This document shows, piece by piece, positions 17,254 through 24,779 of a stretch of 32,387 nucleotides of DNA. Position numbers and translations under genes: made by a program. The stretch comes from a virus (lineage: Duplodnaviria; Caudoviricetes), in the IMG/VR virus record IMGVR_UViG_3300037692_000466, positions 1 through 32,387 of that record. One strand, given 5' to 3'. The first letter of the stretch is position 1, and each line of letters opens with the position of its first letter. The notes beneath the pieces are model-generated. The model did no database searches. It was not told the DNA's origin and saw only the letters and a program-made list of their open reading frames with translations.

Positions 17254-17810
17254 TATTGCGGTATCCCCAGGATCTCCGTGCGAATCCGCTGCACGGTGGC
17301 GGCGCTCATGCCGCCGCGTTTGGCAACCTTGGCAACCTGGTCTGCGGCGTCAGCCAGAGCCTTCTTCCTGATCTCTTCCTCCCGCTTGACATTCTCGCTG
17401 GAGGCCCGTTCCAACCGGTGGATGGCGGTGGCCAGGTCCTTTATCATCTTGGGGCTGGCCTTGTCGTCTCCCTCGGAAAAGTCCAGTACCGCCTCAAAGG
17501 CCAAGGTGCGCACCATCTCGTTGAGCAAATGCCCGACCTTGCCCTGTGGCTCGGCGCCGAGCCGGTTGATCCACATGCCGGCAACCTCGCGGGACTGCCG
17601 CAGCCGTTTGCCCACTTCGTCCATTTTGACCGCATAGCGGTTCACCGCCGACTTGGACAGCCTGTCTTCATGGCCGTTTTCAGCCAGGATAGCGTTGATT
17701 CTGGCGGTAGCCTCAAGCTGGGTGACGCGCGGATCGCGCAGCAGCTCCTGCAGTTTTTCCCGGATATCGTCCGGCATAAGGTCTATGGATGAAGCTCTGT
17801 TCTTGCCCAT
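17253..17810 (-). CDS. Putative terminase small subunit (Mu gp27, DUF3486 family)
   Basis: SSIDLMP.DIR..L..LLRD, LSKSAVNRY and I.RLERA; directly upstream of the large subunit. Confidence 0.88.
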   Translation of the reverse strand: MGKNRASSIDLMPDDIREKLQELLRDPRVTQLEATARINAILAENGHEDRLSKSAVNRYAVKMDEVGKRLRQSREVAGMWINRLGAEPQGKVGHLLNEMVRTLAFEAVLDFSEGDDKASPKMIKDLATAIHRLERASSENVKREEEIRKKALADAADQVAKVAKRGGMSAATVQRIRTEILGIPQ

Positions 17811-18109
17811 CAGAAACCGTCCGGTCCAGGCCGCTTTACACCGGGAACAACCGACCGGCCTTCGGCGACATCAAAACCGCGGCCGTTAAGCCTGGCCACC
17901 CAGGTGCCCTCAAGATCTTCCTTTTTTACCAGGTTCTGCTCCTCCAGCCAGGCCAGCTCAATGCGCAAACGGTCACGACTGATGTTGTGCCCATAGGTGG
18001 TCAGCAGATCGCGCAGCAGGTGTTCGTTCAGATCAAAGCCGCTGTCCTTGGCCAGCAGCAGCAGAATAGCCAGCCGCATGTGCGCCGTCTGTATGTCCTG
18101 GTAGCTCAT
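17810..18109 (-). CDS. Mu gp26-like winged-helix protein
   Basis: RL.IL.LL...G..LNE..L...SRD.LR.ELAWLEEQ.LV...RG.DVAEGR..VPGVKRP.P. Confidence 0.85.
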   Translation of the reverse strand: MSYQDIQTAHMRLAILLLLAKDSGFDLNEHLLRDLLTTYGHNISRDRLRIELAWLEEQNLVKKEDLEGTWVARLNGRGFDVAEGRSVVPGVKRPGPDGF

Positions 18110-18471
18110 TTATCTTTCTCCCTGTTGAGCAGATACTCGTGTATTAGTCCGACACTGGCGTTCAGCCCTTTCATATGCCCGGCCATTTCCTTCATGGAGC
18201 CGTGCACGTCATTTATTTTTTCGTGGATCTCGCCAAGGTCCTGGTGGGTCGGGGTAGCCTTCATCTGCACCTCCAGGGTGGTGGTGCGGTTATGGTGCTC
18301 GCCGCACTTTACGACCTGTGCTTTCTGGGCCTGCTCGATCATGTCGCGCAACCCCTTGATTTCTTCCACCGTGGCCTTCTGTTTATTGCTCCAGCGAATC
18401 CAGAGCCACAAACTGACATTGACCGCCAGCACACTGAGATCGAGGAAGAAACGATATTTTTCATAATCCAT
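18106..18471 (-). CDS. Mu gp25-like (DUF2730-type) membrane-anchored protein
   Basis: N-terminal hydrophobic segment, LE....PT..DL and C-terminal LIHEYLL; start MDYEKY at 18471. Confidence 0.65.
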   Translation of the reverse strand: MDYEKYRFFLDLSVLAVNVSLWLWIRWSNKQKATVEEIKGLRDMIEQAQKAQVVKCGEHHNRTTTLEVQMKATPTHQDLGEIHEKINDVHGSMKEMAGHMKGLNASVGLIHEYLLNREKDK

Positions 18472-18697
18472 TCTTGAGCCGCTCCTTGACTCCCTGGCAT
18501 TCGACGCAGAGGGTGCAGCCAGGCATGGCCATCCTTCTCTGCTCCGGGATCTCCGCCCAGCACCATTCGCAGTCAACGGGCGAGGAAGAGGGTATTTTGT
18601 GCAGTGGAGCTTCGCGAAGCGCCCCTTTTACCCGGCATATCCCGTCCAGGTTGAGCCTGGCCTGGTAATCGTTGGCAATGTCCGCTTCGTCCGGCAT
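18461..18697 (-). CDS. TraR/DksA-family C4 zinc-finger protein
   Basis: MPDEADIA...CEWC..EIPE.RR.AMPGC.LCVECQ; start 18697 overlaps the holin stop. Confidence 0.88.
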   Translation of the reverse strand: MPDEADIANDYQARLNLDGICRVKGALREAPLHKIPSSSPVDCEWCWAEIPEQRRMAMPGCTLCVECQGVKERLKNGL

Positions 18698-19164
18698 TAT
18701 TTCCCCCCGGTAACCAGTCCGGCGATCTGACCGGCAATGCCGGTGACGCCTCTTTTTTCCATGGTCCGGCCAATTACCCAGATACTGCATACCCCGCCCC
18801 AGGTAGCCCAGAACTCGCCGGGCAGCACGATTTGCGGCATGCTGTCCATTGGCTTGCCGTTCAGCACCAGCACGAACCAGGCGAACATGGGCAACAGCAC
18901 ATGCACCAGGCCGATGGCGGCCAGGCCGAAATAGACGATGGCCGGGCGAGCCCGCTTGGTGAAGGTATCGCTTTGCTGCATCTCGGCCACAATGATGCCT
19001 TTCTGGGCATCGAGAACCGCCGACTCGCGGCGCTCAAGCTGCTCTTGCACCTGCAGCTGCGCGGCCATCCTTTCCGTTTCCGTGGCGGCTGGCGGCAGAA
19101 AACGATCAACCAACCCCTTGGCCAGTTCGGCCACGGAGCCGAGTCCCGTCAGATCAATTGGCAT
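18697..19164 (-). CDS. Putative holin (3TM/GTA-type)
   Basis: IIVAE.Q....F...ARP...Y, hydrophobic segments and IGRTMEK; located in the lysis cassette. Confidence 0.8.
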   Translation of the reverse strand: MPIDLTGLGSVAELAKGLVDRFLPPAATETERMAAQLQVQEQLERRESAVLDAQKGIIVAEMQQSDTFTKRARPAIVYFGLAAIGLVHVLLPMFAWFVLVLNGKPMDSMPQIVLPGEFWATWGGVCSIWVIGRTMEKRGVTGIAGQIAGLVTGGK

Positions 19165-19471
19165 CTATCTTCTCCAATACCTTGATGTTGTGCTGGATCA
19201 CCCAGCCATACAGCGCCAGCAGCGCCAACTGGATGCCGGCAACGATTTTGCTGTCCGGACTGCCGCAAACCATGGCGGTCAGCGCGATCATAATTCCTAC
19301 TTTTGCCACGAGCAGGATGCGTTCCTTGCCGAACCTGGCCATCAGCCAGGCCATGACGGGGTTCGCCTCTTTACCGCCTTGCAGCAGGATAAAGCCGGTC
19401 TGCATGCCGTCAATCACCTGCGCCACCAGCAGCGGCATCAACAGGCAAAGGTTTATCCAGAAGATTGTCAT
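19154..19471 (-). CDS. Small membrane protein (DUF5658-like)
   Basis: Three hydrophobic segments; D...T...L..GG.EANP.M..L motif. Confidence 0.65.
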   Translation of the reverse strand: MTIFWINLCLLMPLLVAQVIDGMQTGFILLQGGKEANPVMAWLMARFGKERILLVAKVGIMIALTAMVCGSPDSKIVAGIQLALLALYGWVIQHNIKVLEKIDAN

Positions 19472-19917
19472 CAGCCCTCCCTCATCATGGCGGCCAGGGT
19501 CTGTGCCCGTTGGCCTACCTGCTTTGCCCAGCGGCTGGAAAGCATCTCATCAGCGGCCAGGGGAAAATTACCGGCATGCACAGCAGTCAGCATTTTTTTA
19601 AACTGTAAAAACCTGGAGAGCCCGAGGTTAAAGCACATATCGATCAGCGCCGCCTGTCTGCGGTCGCTCAAGGCGAGATATGCCGGTACCGCCTTTTCCA
19701 GCTCCAGCCGTACCCTGCGAATATCATGGTCCAGCAGGTAGATGGCCTCATTCCGGCTGATGCCCAGGTCTTCAAGATTTCGGCCGCAGCCGATGGTCAA
19801 CTTCCCGGCCGGGCAGCGGTACGGATAAAGTTTAATATCCTCATGCCTTGGCAGGGTCTCCCGGGCGATCCATTCTGCTGGGGTTGTCACGGCAGGCTTA
19901 AGGTTACGTCTGGTCAT
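19471..19917 (-). CDS. Endolysin, T4-type lysozyme (GH24)
   Basis: HE.IKLYPY.CPAGKLTIG.GRNL, RQAALIDMCFNLG and AA.EML.SRWA.QVG.RA..L. Confidence 0.93.
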   Translation of the reverse strand: MTRRNLKPAVTTPAEWIARETLPRHEDIKLYPYRCPAGKLTIGCGRNLEDLGISRNEAIYLLDHDIRRVRLELEKAVPAYLALSDRRQAALIDMCFNLGLSRFLQFKKMLTAVHAGNFPLAADEMLSSRWAKQVGQRAQTLAAMMREG

Positions 19918-20309
19918 TTCGGCGCGAAGTAGTAGGTTACGGAAGCGGCCACGACATTGAAATTGACCGGCTTATCTGGAGGGGTGACGGCCATAACCTC
20001 GTTGGAATAGTCACTCTCCACGCCCTCGACGGTATAGGCGGTGCAGGAGAAATATTTGTTGCCGTAGGGCACGGTGATGGCGGCCTCCGCCCGGCCATCC
20101 TTGATCTCCGGCAGGCCGACATCCACCGCGTCCGTGTAGACGCCGGATAATGTGCCGTAATGGATGCGGTATCCGGCCAGGTCGGGCTCGGTATTCGGAG
20201 TCCAGCCAAAACGCAGCTCGGCGGCAAAAACAGGCACGGCAACCAGCAGCGCCACCAAAAGCGGGATTAGCCCGCGACAGATAATTTTCACACGATGTCC
20301 CTCTCTCAT
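19914..20309 (-). CDS. Exported fibronectin type III-like protein
   Basis: Signal-like LIPLLVALLVAVPVFA-A, then W.PNTEPDLAGYRIHYG..SG.Y and YF..TAY...G.ESDYSNEV; start uncertain (20309 or GTG 20291). Confidence 0.75.
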   Translation of the reverse strand: MREGHRVKIICRGLIPLLVALLVAVPVFAAELRFGWTPNTEPDLAGYRIHYGTLSGVYTDAVDVGLPEIKDGRAEAAITVPYGNKYFSCTAYTVEGVESDYSNEVMAVTPPDKPVNFNVVAASVTYYFAPK

Positions 20310-20319
20310 TTAATGATCG

Positions 20320-20347
20320 AAAAGGGGACCGGGCAAGCCCGGCCCCC
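20320..20347 (-). terminator. GC-rich hairpin + TTTT in the late-operon leader
   Basis: Minus strand GGGGCCGGGC-TT-GCCCGGTCCCC-TTTT. Confidence 0.45.
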
Positions 20348-20379
20348 TGCCCCAAGGAGATATGAAGTAACTGGTGCCA

Positions 20380-20423
20380 ATAGTAGAGGGTTTTTAACGG
20401 GGTGGATAGCTGCGGGGTTGCAG
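20380..20423 (-). promoter_or_regulatory. Mor/C-activated late (Plys-like) promoter
   Basis: -10 TACTAT (20385-20380) with no -35 consensus; dyad CTGC-AACCCC-GCAG (20423-20410) centred at about -43.5. Confidence 0.65.
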
Positions 20424-20440
20424 TAGTGCTATTACTGATG

Positions 20441-20476
20441 GGGAGTTAGGAGTGAGGAGTGAGGAGTGAGGAGAGG
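20441..20476. repeat. 7-bp tandem repeat (GAGTGAG)n at the rha stop
   Basis: gagttag gagtgag gagtgag gagtgag gagag; encodes SSLLTPHS*. Confidence 0.8.
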
Positions 20477-21222
20477 GCGGCTTGGTTGCCGCCCCCGGGT
20501 GATATGTTTACAGGCGGTTGACCGCTGTTCATCTTGCGCACCTCGGTCTGCACCTGCCGTGGCGTAAGCTCCATGATCTTGCCGATCTCCCAGTTGCGCA
20601 GGCCCAGCACCTTGTAGATATGGATGCTGCCCCATTGCGGCTTGGCGTCCAGCAGGGCGAATTTAAGCTTCCTGCTCTCGCGCTCCTGGGCGGAGAGCGG
20701 CGCTCCTCCCATGGCCTCTATGGCATAGCGGAATGCTTCGTGGCCGCCATGCTTGATCAGCTCATAGGCCGGATAGTTCATGATGGCCACCTGGTTGCGG
20801 TGCCAGATAGCCAGCGGCTCATAGCCCGTTTGCCAGGGCGGCATGGCAATGGGCTGGGGACGATCAGGCAGGGTCGGCACGGCCTGCTGGGCTTGCAGGG
20901 CCTTTTCCATCTGCTTGAAGGCCTCGATATAGGCAAGTTTAAAACGCATGGCCGCCTTGCCGGTGAAGCCCATGGCCAGGATGGTGAACCCATCGCGGGT
21001 CATCTCCACCATGGGCTGCTGCTTGTTCTGTGCGTTGATATAAGAGGACGGCTCAAAATTGAGCCCACGCCATTCATCCGGTATTTCCATAACTTGGATG
21101 TCGCGTAGCACGTTCTTATGCTTCTTGCCAAAGGTCATAGCCACTTCGCGCGAGGTGGCGAACACCTGGCCGTCCTTGACGATCATGGTCTTCTTGATGT
21201 TTTCAATCTGATTGTCATCCAT
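20446..21222 (-). CDS. rha: Rha-family phage regulatory protein (antirepressor-like)
   Basis: ATSREVA..FGKKHKNVLRDI...MTRDGFTILAMGFTGKAAMRFKLAYIEAF..ME; RBS GAGGAGG. Confidence 0.9.
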   Translation of the reverse strand: MDDNQIENIKKTMIVKDGQVFATSREVAMTFGKKHKNVLRDIQVMEIPDEWRGLNFEPSSYINAQNKQQPMVEMTRDGFTILAMGFTGKAAMRFKLAYIEAFKQMEKALQAQQAVPTLPDRPQPIAMPPWQTGYEPLAIWHRNQVAIMNYPAYELIKHGGHEAFRYAIEAMGGAPLSAQERESRKLKFALLDAKPQWGSIHIYKVLGLRNWEIGKIMELTPRQVQTEVRKMNSGQPPVNISPGGGNQAALSSLLTPHS

Positions 21223-21283
21223 TTGTACTACCTCCTCGAATAGAGAATGAAGAATTCCCGCCCGGCGATGTCAAACGCAAAAA

Positions 21284-21357
21284 GGGCGGAACCTGGCAGG
21301 TTGACATACCGGATCGAGGAACCGGCGGGCCGAAGCCCCCTGCCAGGCCCGCCCCAT
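21284..21357 (-). ncRNA. c4-type antisense RNA (P1/P4 C4/CI family)
   Basis: GGGCGG/CCGCCC outer stem and CCTGGCAGG stems, a TTCG hairpin, and loops CCTCGA and ATGTCAA complementary to two target pairs. Confidence 0.8.
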
Positions 21358-21383
21358 AATGAGCAACGCCTGGTTGTGGACAC

Positions 21384-21414
21384 AAAAAAACCGCCGTGAA
21401 ACTGCTGGGGCGGT
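21384..21414 (-). terminator. Intrinsic terminator in the c4 leader
   Basis: Minus strand ACCGCC...GGCGG followed by T7. Confidence 0.7.
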
Positions 21415-21472
21415 GTGTCCGCCTCGAATCCGGGATGTCAAACCCGGCCACGGATTTTGCCGTGGCAGAATC

Positions 21473-21502
21473 AGAGTATCCCAGAGAGGCGGACGTTGTC
21501 AA
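21473..21502 (-). promoter_or_regulatory. sigma70 promoter for the c4-rha unit
   Basis: TTGACA (21502-21497), 18-bp spacer, TACTCT (21478-21473). Confidence 0.7.
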
Positions 21503-21599
21503 GAATTTCATCTTTAATCCTTTATCAAAATTCCCTCCCTGTGCTACTCTGGTGAAAGGCACCACCCATTCAACCATTTCGCACAAGGAGGAAAAAGCT

Positions 21600-22106
21600 A
21601 TGTTCAATGCAATCAAAAAGTTCTTTAGCGGACTATCAGGCGATTCGACCAAATCCATATCACCCATTGATGAAATAGATGAAGAGGAGGTTACCCTTGG
21701 GAACGGGGACGCCATGTGGCATCTGGAGGCCGCCCGCCGGGCTAAGCATAATGGCGATTTTCTCGGCGCCCGCATGGGATATTTGAAATGCGTGGAAACC
21801 TTGAAGCAAGCCAGGGCAAATGACGACCTGGAAAAGGCCACAATGGAATACGACTCTTTTGTGAGGAGTGACCCGTTCTTCAAAAAAATTGTTTCCTTAC
21901 TATTGCCGATCATCGAAAGCAACCCTGGTATTCTTCAATCAGAAATCACCAAAAGAGCCCAATCGATGGACTGGGCTGAGCTTTACAGCGACAAAAGGCC
22001 TCTTGCGAAAGAGGACCTCTACTATGCCTTGTATTTCGCTGACAAATTTGGGCAAATCACAAGAACCAAGCGAGGCCGCTCTTATGAGCTCCGCATCTCT
22101 CATTAA
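21600..22106 (+). CDS. Counter-oriented accessory (moron) protein, unknown function
   Basis: AAGGAGG RBS and TGcTACTCT extended -10; 168 aa with lower GC; C-terminus PGILQSEI...LYYALYF...G.ITRTKRGRSYEL looks winged-helix-like. Confidence 0.75.
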   Translation: MFNAIKKFFSGLSGDSTKSISPIDEIDEEEVTLGNGDAMWHLEAARRAKHNGDFLGARMGYLKCVETLKQARANDDLEKATMEYDSFVRSDPFFKKIVSLLLPIIESNPGILQSEITKRAQSMDWAELYSDKRPLAKEDLYYALYFADKFGQITRTKRGRSYELRISH

Positions 22107-22318
22107 ATCCGATCAAGATACGGCCTCTCCCGGCGCTGGCCGGCCCGCATCTCCCGGATAACAACCCCGGCCTGCTGGCCGGTTGCCATCATTCTCCGTT
22201 CCAACTCGGCGCAGCAGCTGCCGCAGGCCTGCCGGGCAAACTGCCGGAGAGGGGCATCGAGCAGCAGATCCGGATCACCGCCCAGGGTGCGGACCCTGCC
22301 GCAGATATCACAGGCCAT
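22103..22318 (-). CDS. Hypothetical Cys-containing small protein
   Basis: CDIC...CGSC; TAATG coupling to the upstream ORF. Confidence 0.55.
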   Translation of the reverse strand: MACDICGRVRTLGGDPDLLLDAPLRQFARQACGSCCAELERRMMATGQQAGVVIREMRAGQRRERPYLDRI

Positions 22319-22509
22319 TACGCGCCACCTTTACCCATGATCAGTTGGCAAAAAGCCTGCAGCTCATCCATTTGCTTGCAGCGCTCAAGCAGCACGTCAT
22401 CATGCACCCCTGGAATATACGAGCCAAAGAGCACCAACCTGGCCAGTTCAGCCAATGGCATGCGGCTGGCATGCGCTTTCAGCTTATCACGCTCCTGGCC
22501 GCCGATCAT
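22318..22509 (-). CDS. Hypothetical protein
   Basis: ATGA overlap with the upstream ORF; RBS GAGGTG. Confidence 0.55.
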   Translation of the reverse strand: MIGGQERDKLKAHASRMPLAELARLVLFGSYIPGVHDDVLLERCKQMDELQAFCQLIMGKGGA

Positions 22510-23405
22510 TTAGCCACCTCAATATTGATATCCAACCGCAGGCCAAGCTGCGCAGTTGCAGCCACCAGTTCGTTGATGGTGGATGACTGATCCATGAGTT
22601 TTTCTCCCAGCTCCTTGTATTGCTGACCGAGGCGGTAAAGGTCCGTGATGAAGGGGGCCGAAAGAGCAGGAGCAGGCGCAGGAGCAGGCGCAACAGTAGC
22701 TTTCCGCGTCGCCAAGGCTTTAGGTATTCTTTTCTTTCTGCCTTTCTGCACCATGGCCCTCCGCAGCGAATCCTTTGACCACAGCCTAACCCTGGCCTCT
22801 GCCAGGCCATCAAGCATCTCCTGACCGCGTTTTCTTTTGGTTGCACTCTGGCAGGATGAGCAGAGGCCAACGGATCTGATTTTTTTCTCATCCCGGCCGC
22901 AGTTGACGCAGATGCCGATGGCATCATCCGGCACAATTGGCCGACGCCAGTGCGTCTGCAGGTCGGTCAGGCGAAGATGGTCGGTTATCTCCGGCATCAC
23001 TTTAAAAGGGTTGTCGTTGGTTGGGTTTTCGTTTTTTGCTTCCATGATTATCTCCTTGGGTTTACGTTCGCGGGCATGGCCCGCTCCTACTGTTTTCAAT
23101 CCGCATTCCGCAATCCGCATTCCGCAATCGTCCAGCTCAATCCACTCCACATTATCAGGCCGGGGAAAATCCTTCCCGGCCGCGATCAGGGCGCCGGTCT
23201 CGCAGGCAAAACATTCCGGGTTGACGGTCGAATTGCCGAAACCGCATCCGCTGTAGCGCGCGGATCGCCGCTGCTTGCATATGCGGACAAAACTTGCAAT
23301 AAGCATTCTGGTAGGCTGGCCGCCGTGAATCTGGCAGGTTTTGACAAATATGTCCTTGCGATTAACGCCGCAAAGTCCGCTCATGTTACTCATCATCATC
23401 ACCAC
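22506..23405 (-). CDS. Hypothetical Cys-rich protein; possibly two units joined in frame (internal start 23045)
   Basis: N-terminal Cys cluster, a repeat-encoded linker, then AAGGAG-ATG at 23045 followed by a CVNC...CSSC zinc-finger-like motif. Confidence 0.6.
   Translation of the reverse strand: MVMMMSNMSGLCGVNRKDIFVKTCQIHGGQPTRMLIASFVRICKQRRSARYSGCGFGNSTVNPECFACETGALIAAGKDFPRPDNVEWIELDDCGMRIAECGLKTVGAGHARERKPKEIIMEAKNENPTNDNPFKVMPEITDHLRLTDLQTHWRRPIVPDDAIGICVNCGRDEKKIRSVGLCSSCQSATKRKRGQEMLDGLAEARVRLWSKDSLRRAMVQKGRKKRIPKALATRKATVAPAPAPAPALSAPFITDLYRLGQQYKELGEKLMDQSSTINELVAATAQLGLRLDINIEVAK
23066..23130. repeat. REP palindrome + 7-bp AATCCGC array inside ORF 22506..23405
   Basis: Minus strand GTAGGAGCGGGCCATGCCCGCGAAC (23090-23066); aatccgc attccgc aatccgc attccgc from 23098. 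Confidence 0.8.
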
Positions 23406-23734
23406 AGTTTTAATTGTTTAGAGGGCTCATCAACGCTGCCCAGGATATTGTAGGTCTGGCGCTCGGAGAGGCGGTATTTGCGGGCCAGATCAACCACCGT
23501 AATGCCGCCGCGATCGGCCTCGGCCCGCATCATTTTGTTGCGCCACCTTAAAATCCACTTGCGGCCGGTGGGGATCCGCAGCGGCGTGCCGCCCAGGCGC
23601 TGGGCCACGATCAGGGCCGGTTTCACCCCGACAATCTCGGCCAGCAGCCGCAGATCGCCGGCCAGCTCTTCGATTTCCGGCAGGGCGTCGTCCGGCAGCT
23701 CGATGATGTCGTCATTGTCATCGTCGGCAATCAT
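23399..23734 (-). CDS. mor: Mor/C family transcription activator
   Basis: LAEIVG...A......LGGTPLRIP...RN......G.TV.DLARKYRLSERQTYNIL; start 23734 coupled to the gemA stop. Confidence 0.88.
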   Translation of the reverse strand: MIADDDNDDIIELPDDALPEIEELAGDLRLLAEIVGVKPALIVAQRLGGTPLRIPTGRKWILRWRNKMMRAEADRGGITVVDLARKYRLSERQTYNILGSVDEPSKQLKLW

Positions 23735-24171
23735 TACAGCGCCCTGACTCGCTTTTCCAGGTCGGTGATGAGCACATGCAGCTGCTCGTAGTCGTGCAGC
23801 CACTCGATACGGTCGATGCCGAACTGTTTTTTGACGCGGGCGTCGAGCTTTTTGACGTCATAGCCAAGCTGCGCCCACAGGGCCAGAACCTTGCGCTGCA
23901 TGGCGGCACATGGGCCGGCAGGTATTTTGCGGTAATTGTCGTTGACCTGGCGGCTGCCGGTGCGGCCGGATTTGACCATGGCCCGGCTCTTTTGCTTCCA
24001 GCCACGCGCCTGGAACAGCATGATCAGCTCGCGCACCTGTTGGTCATTTAGGTCTTTGGATGATTGCGCCCCCGGGAAGTTCAGCGCCAGGATGTCCCGA
24101 TAGGTCTGGTCATCGAGTTCCAGCTCCTTGCGGGCGATGTGAATCTTGATACGGTCAGATGAGTGTCTCAT
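23734..24171 (-). CDS. gemA: GemA-like regulatory protein (DUF1018)
   Basis: KIHIARKEL.LDDQTYR.IL....SSKDL, KVLALW and LDA.VKKQFGID; start MRHSSD at 24171. Confidence 0.9.
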   Translation of the reverse strand: MRHSSDRIKIHIARKELELDDQTYRDILALNFPGAQSSKDLNDQQVRELIMLFQARGWKQKSRAMVKSGRTGSRQVNDNYRKIPAGPCAAMQRKVLALWAQLGYDVKKLDARVKKQFGIDRIEWLHDYEQLHVLITDLEKRVRAL

Positions 24172-24188
24172 GGGTTTTCCTTGGCTGC

Positions 24189-24228
24189 TTAATCGTTGCA
24201 ACGTTTGATCGTTTAATCGCTGGAACGG
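24189..24228. repeat. 8-bp tandem repeat (TTAATCGT family)
   Basis: ttaatcgt tgcaacgt ttgatcgt ttaatcgc tggaacgg, overlapping a stop codon. Confidence 0.65.
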
Positions 24229-24779
24229 TCTTTAATCCTATGATGCTCATGCTTGGCCCGCACGGATGGCGGCAGCAGCTGCCACTGCTCAGCGGTCATA
24301 GCGGCCCAGTCAACGGTGGCCGGTTCGCTCTGCTGATGGCCGGCGGTGCGGTAATTGCCGTTGCGCTCCGCCTCGACGGTCTTTTTCTCCGTCTCCGCGT
24401 CCTCGCGATCGGCTAGGGTGTAGGCCACGTCCCGCAGGTAATTGTGGTTTTTCAGCGGCCGGGTGAGACGCTGCCGGCGGTCGATCATCTCTTCGATGGC
24501 CTGGGACCAGATGCGCGGCACGCACTTGCGGGCCGGTTTCTTTTCTATCTGCACATGGCCCTTGCCGACCAGCTCCTCCAGCTCCAGAGCCAGGCGCAGC
24601 GCCTTTCCCCAGGTAAGAGAGGATTTGTCCGGACGAAACAGGCTGAGGTAGTGCAGCACCACCATGGGCATGGGGGCAGACAGGCGCACGCATACCGCCA
24701 GCGTTTTTCGGCAGGCTTCGTCCGATGTCATGGCATCGGCTGAGTTGGTGGCCCCGCAAGCCGTACAGGTCATTTTCAT
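24213..24779 (-). CDS. Conserved Mu-like early protein with N-terminal CxxC
   Basis: MK.TC.ACGA...YL.LFRP.KS.LTW....L...PLKNHNYL, a pattern typical of Mu-like early regions. Confidence 0.75.
   Translation of the reverse strand: MKMTCTACGATNSADAMTSDEACRKTLAVCVRLSAPMPMVVLHYLSLFRPDKSSLTWGKALRLALELEELVGKGHVQIEKKPARKCVPRIWSQAIEEMIDRRQRLTRPLKNHNYLRDVAYTLADREDAETEKKTVEAERNGNYRTAGHQQSEPATVDWAAMTAEQWQLLPPSVRAKHEHHRIKDRSSD

Noticed and set aside
4565-17889. Long + strand ORFs (e.g. 4882..6009, 6704..7723, 14801..16072)
   Set aside because: Antisense shadows of well-supported GC-rich phage genes, with no recognisable motifs
21284-21357. tRNA
   Set aside because: Multi-stem fold but no T-loop or D-loop consensus; the loops match c4 targets
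21215-21922. 235-aa minus-strand ORF, and the 21396 start of the + ORF
   Set aside because: They overlap the c4 RNA, promoters and the + strand moron; the strong RBS supports the ATG at 21600
22663-22694. GCAGGA/GCAGGC hexamer repeat
   Set aside because: Explained by a coding Ala-Pro linker (APAPAPAPA); not part of the junction repeat families
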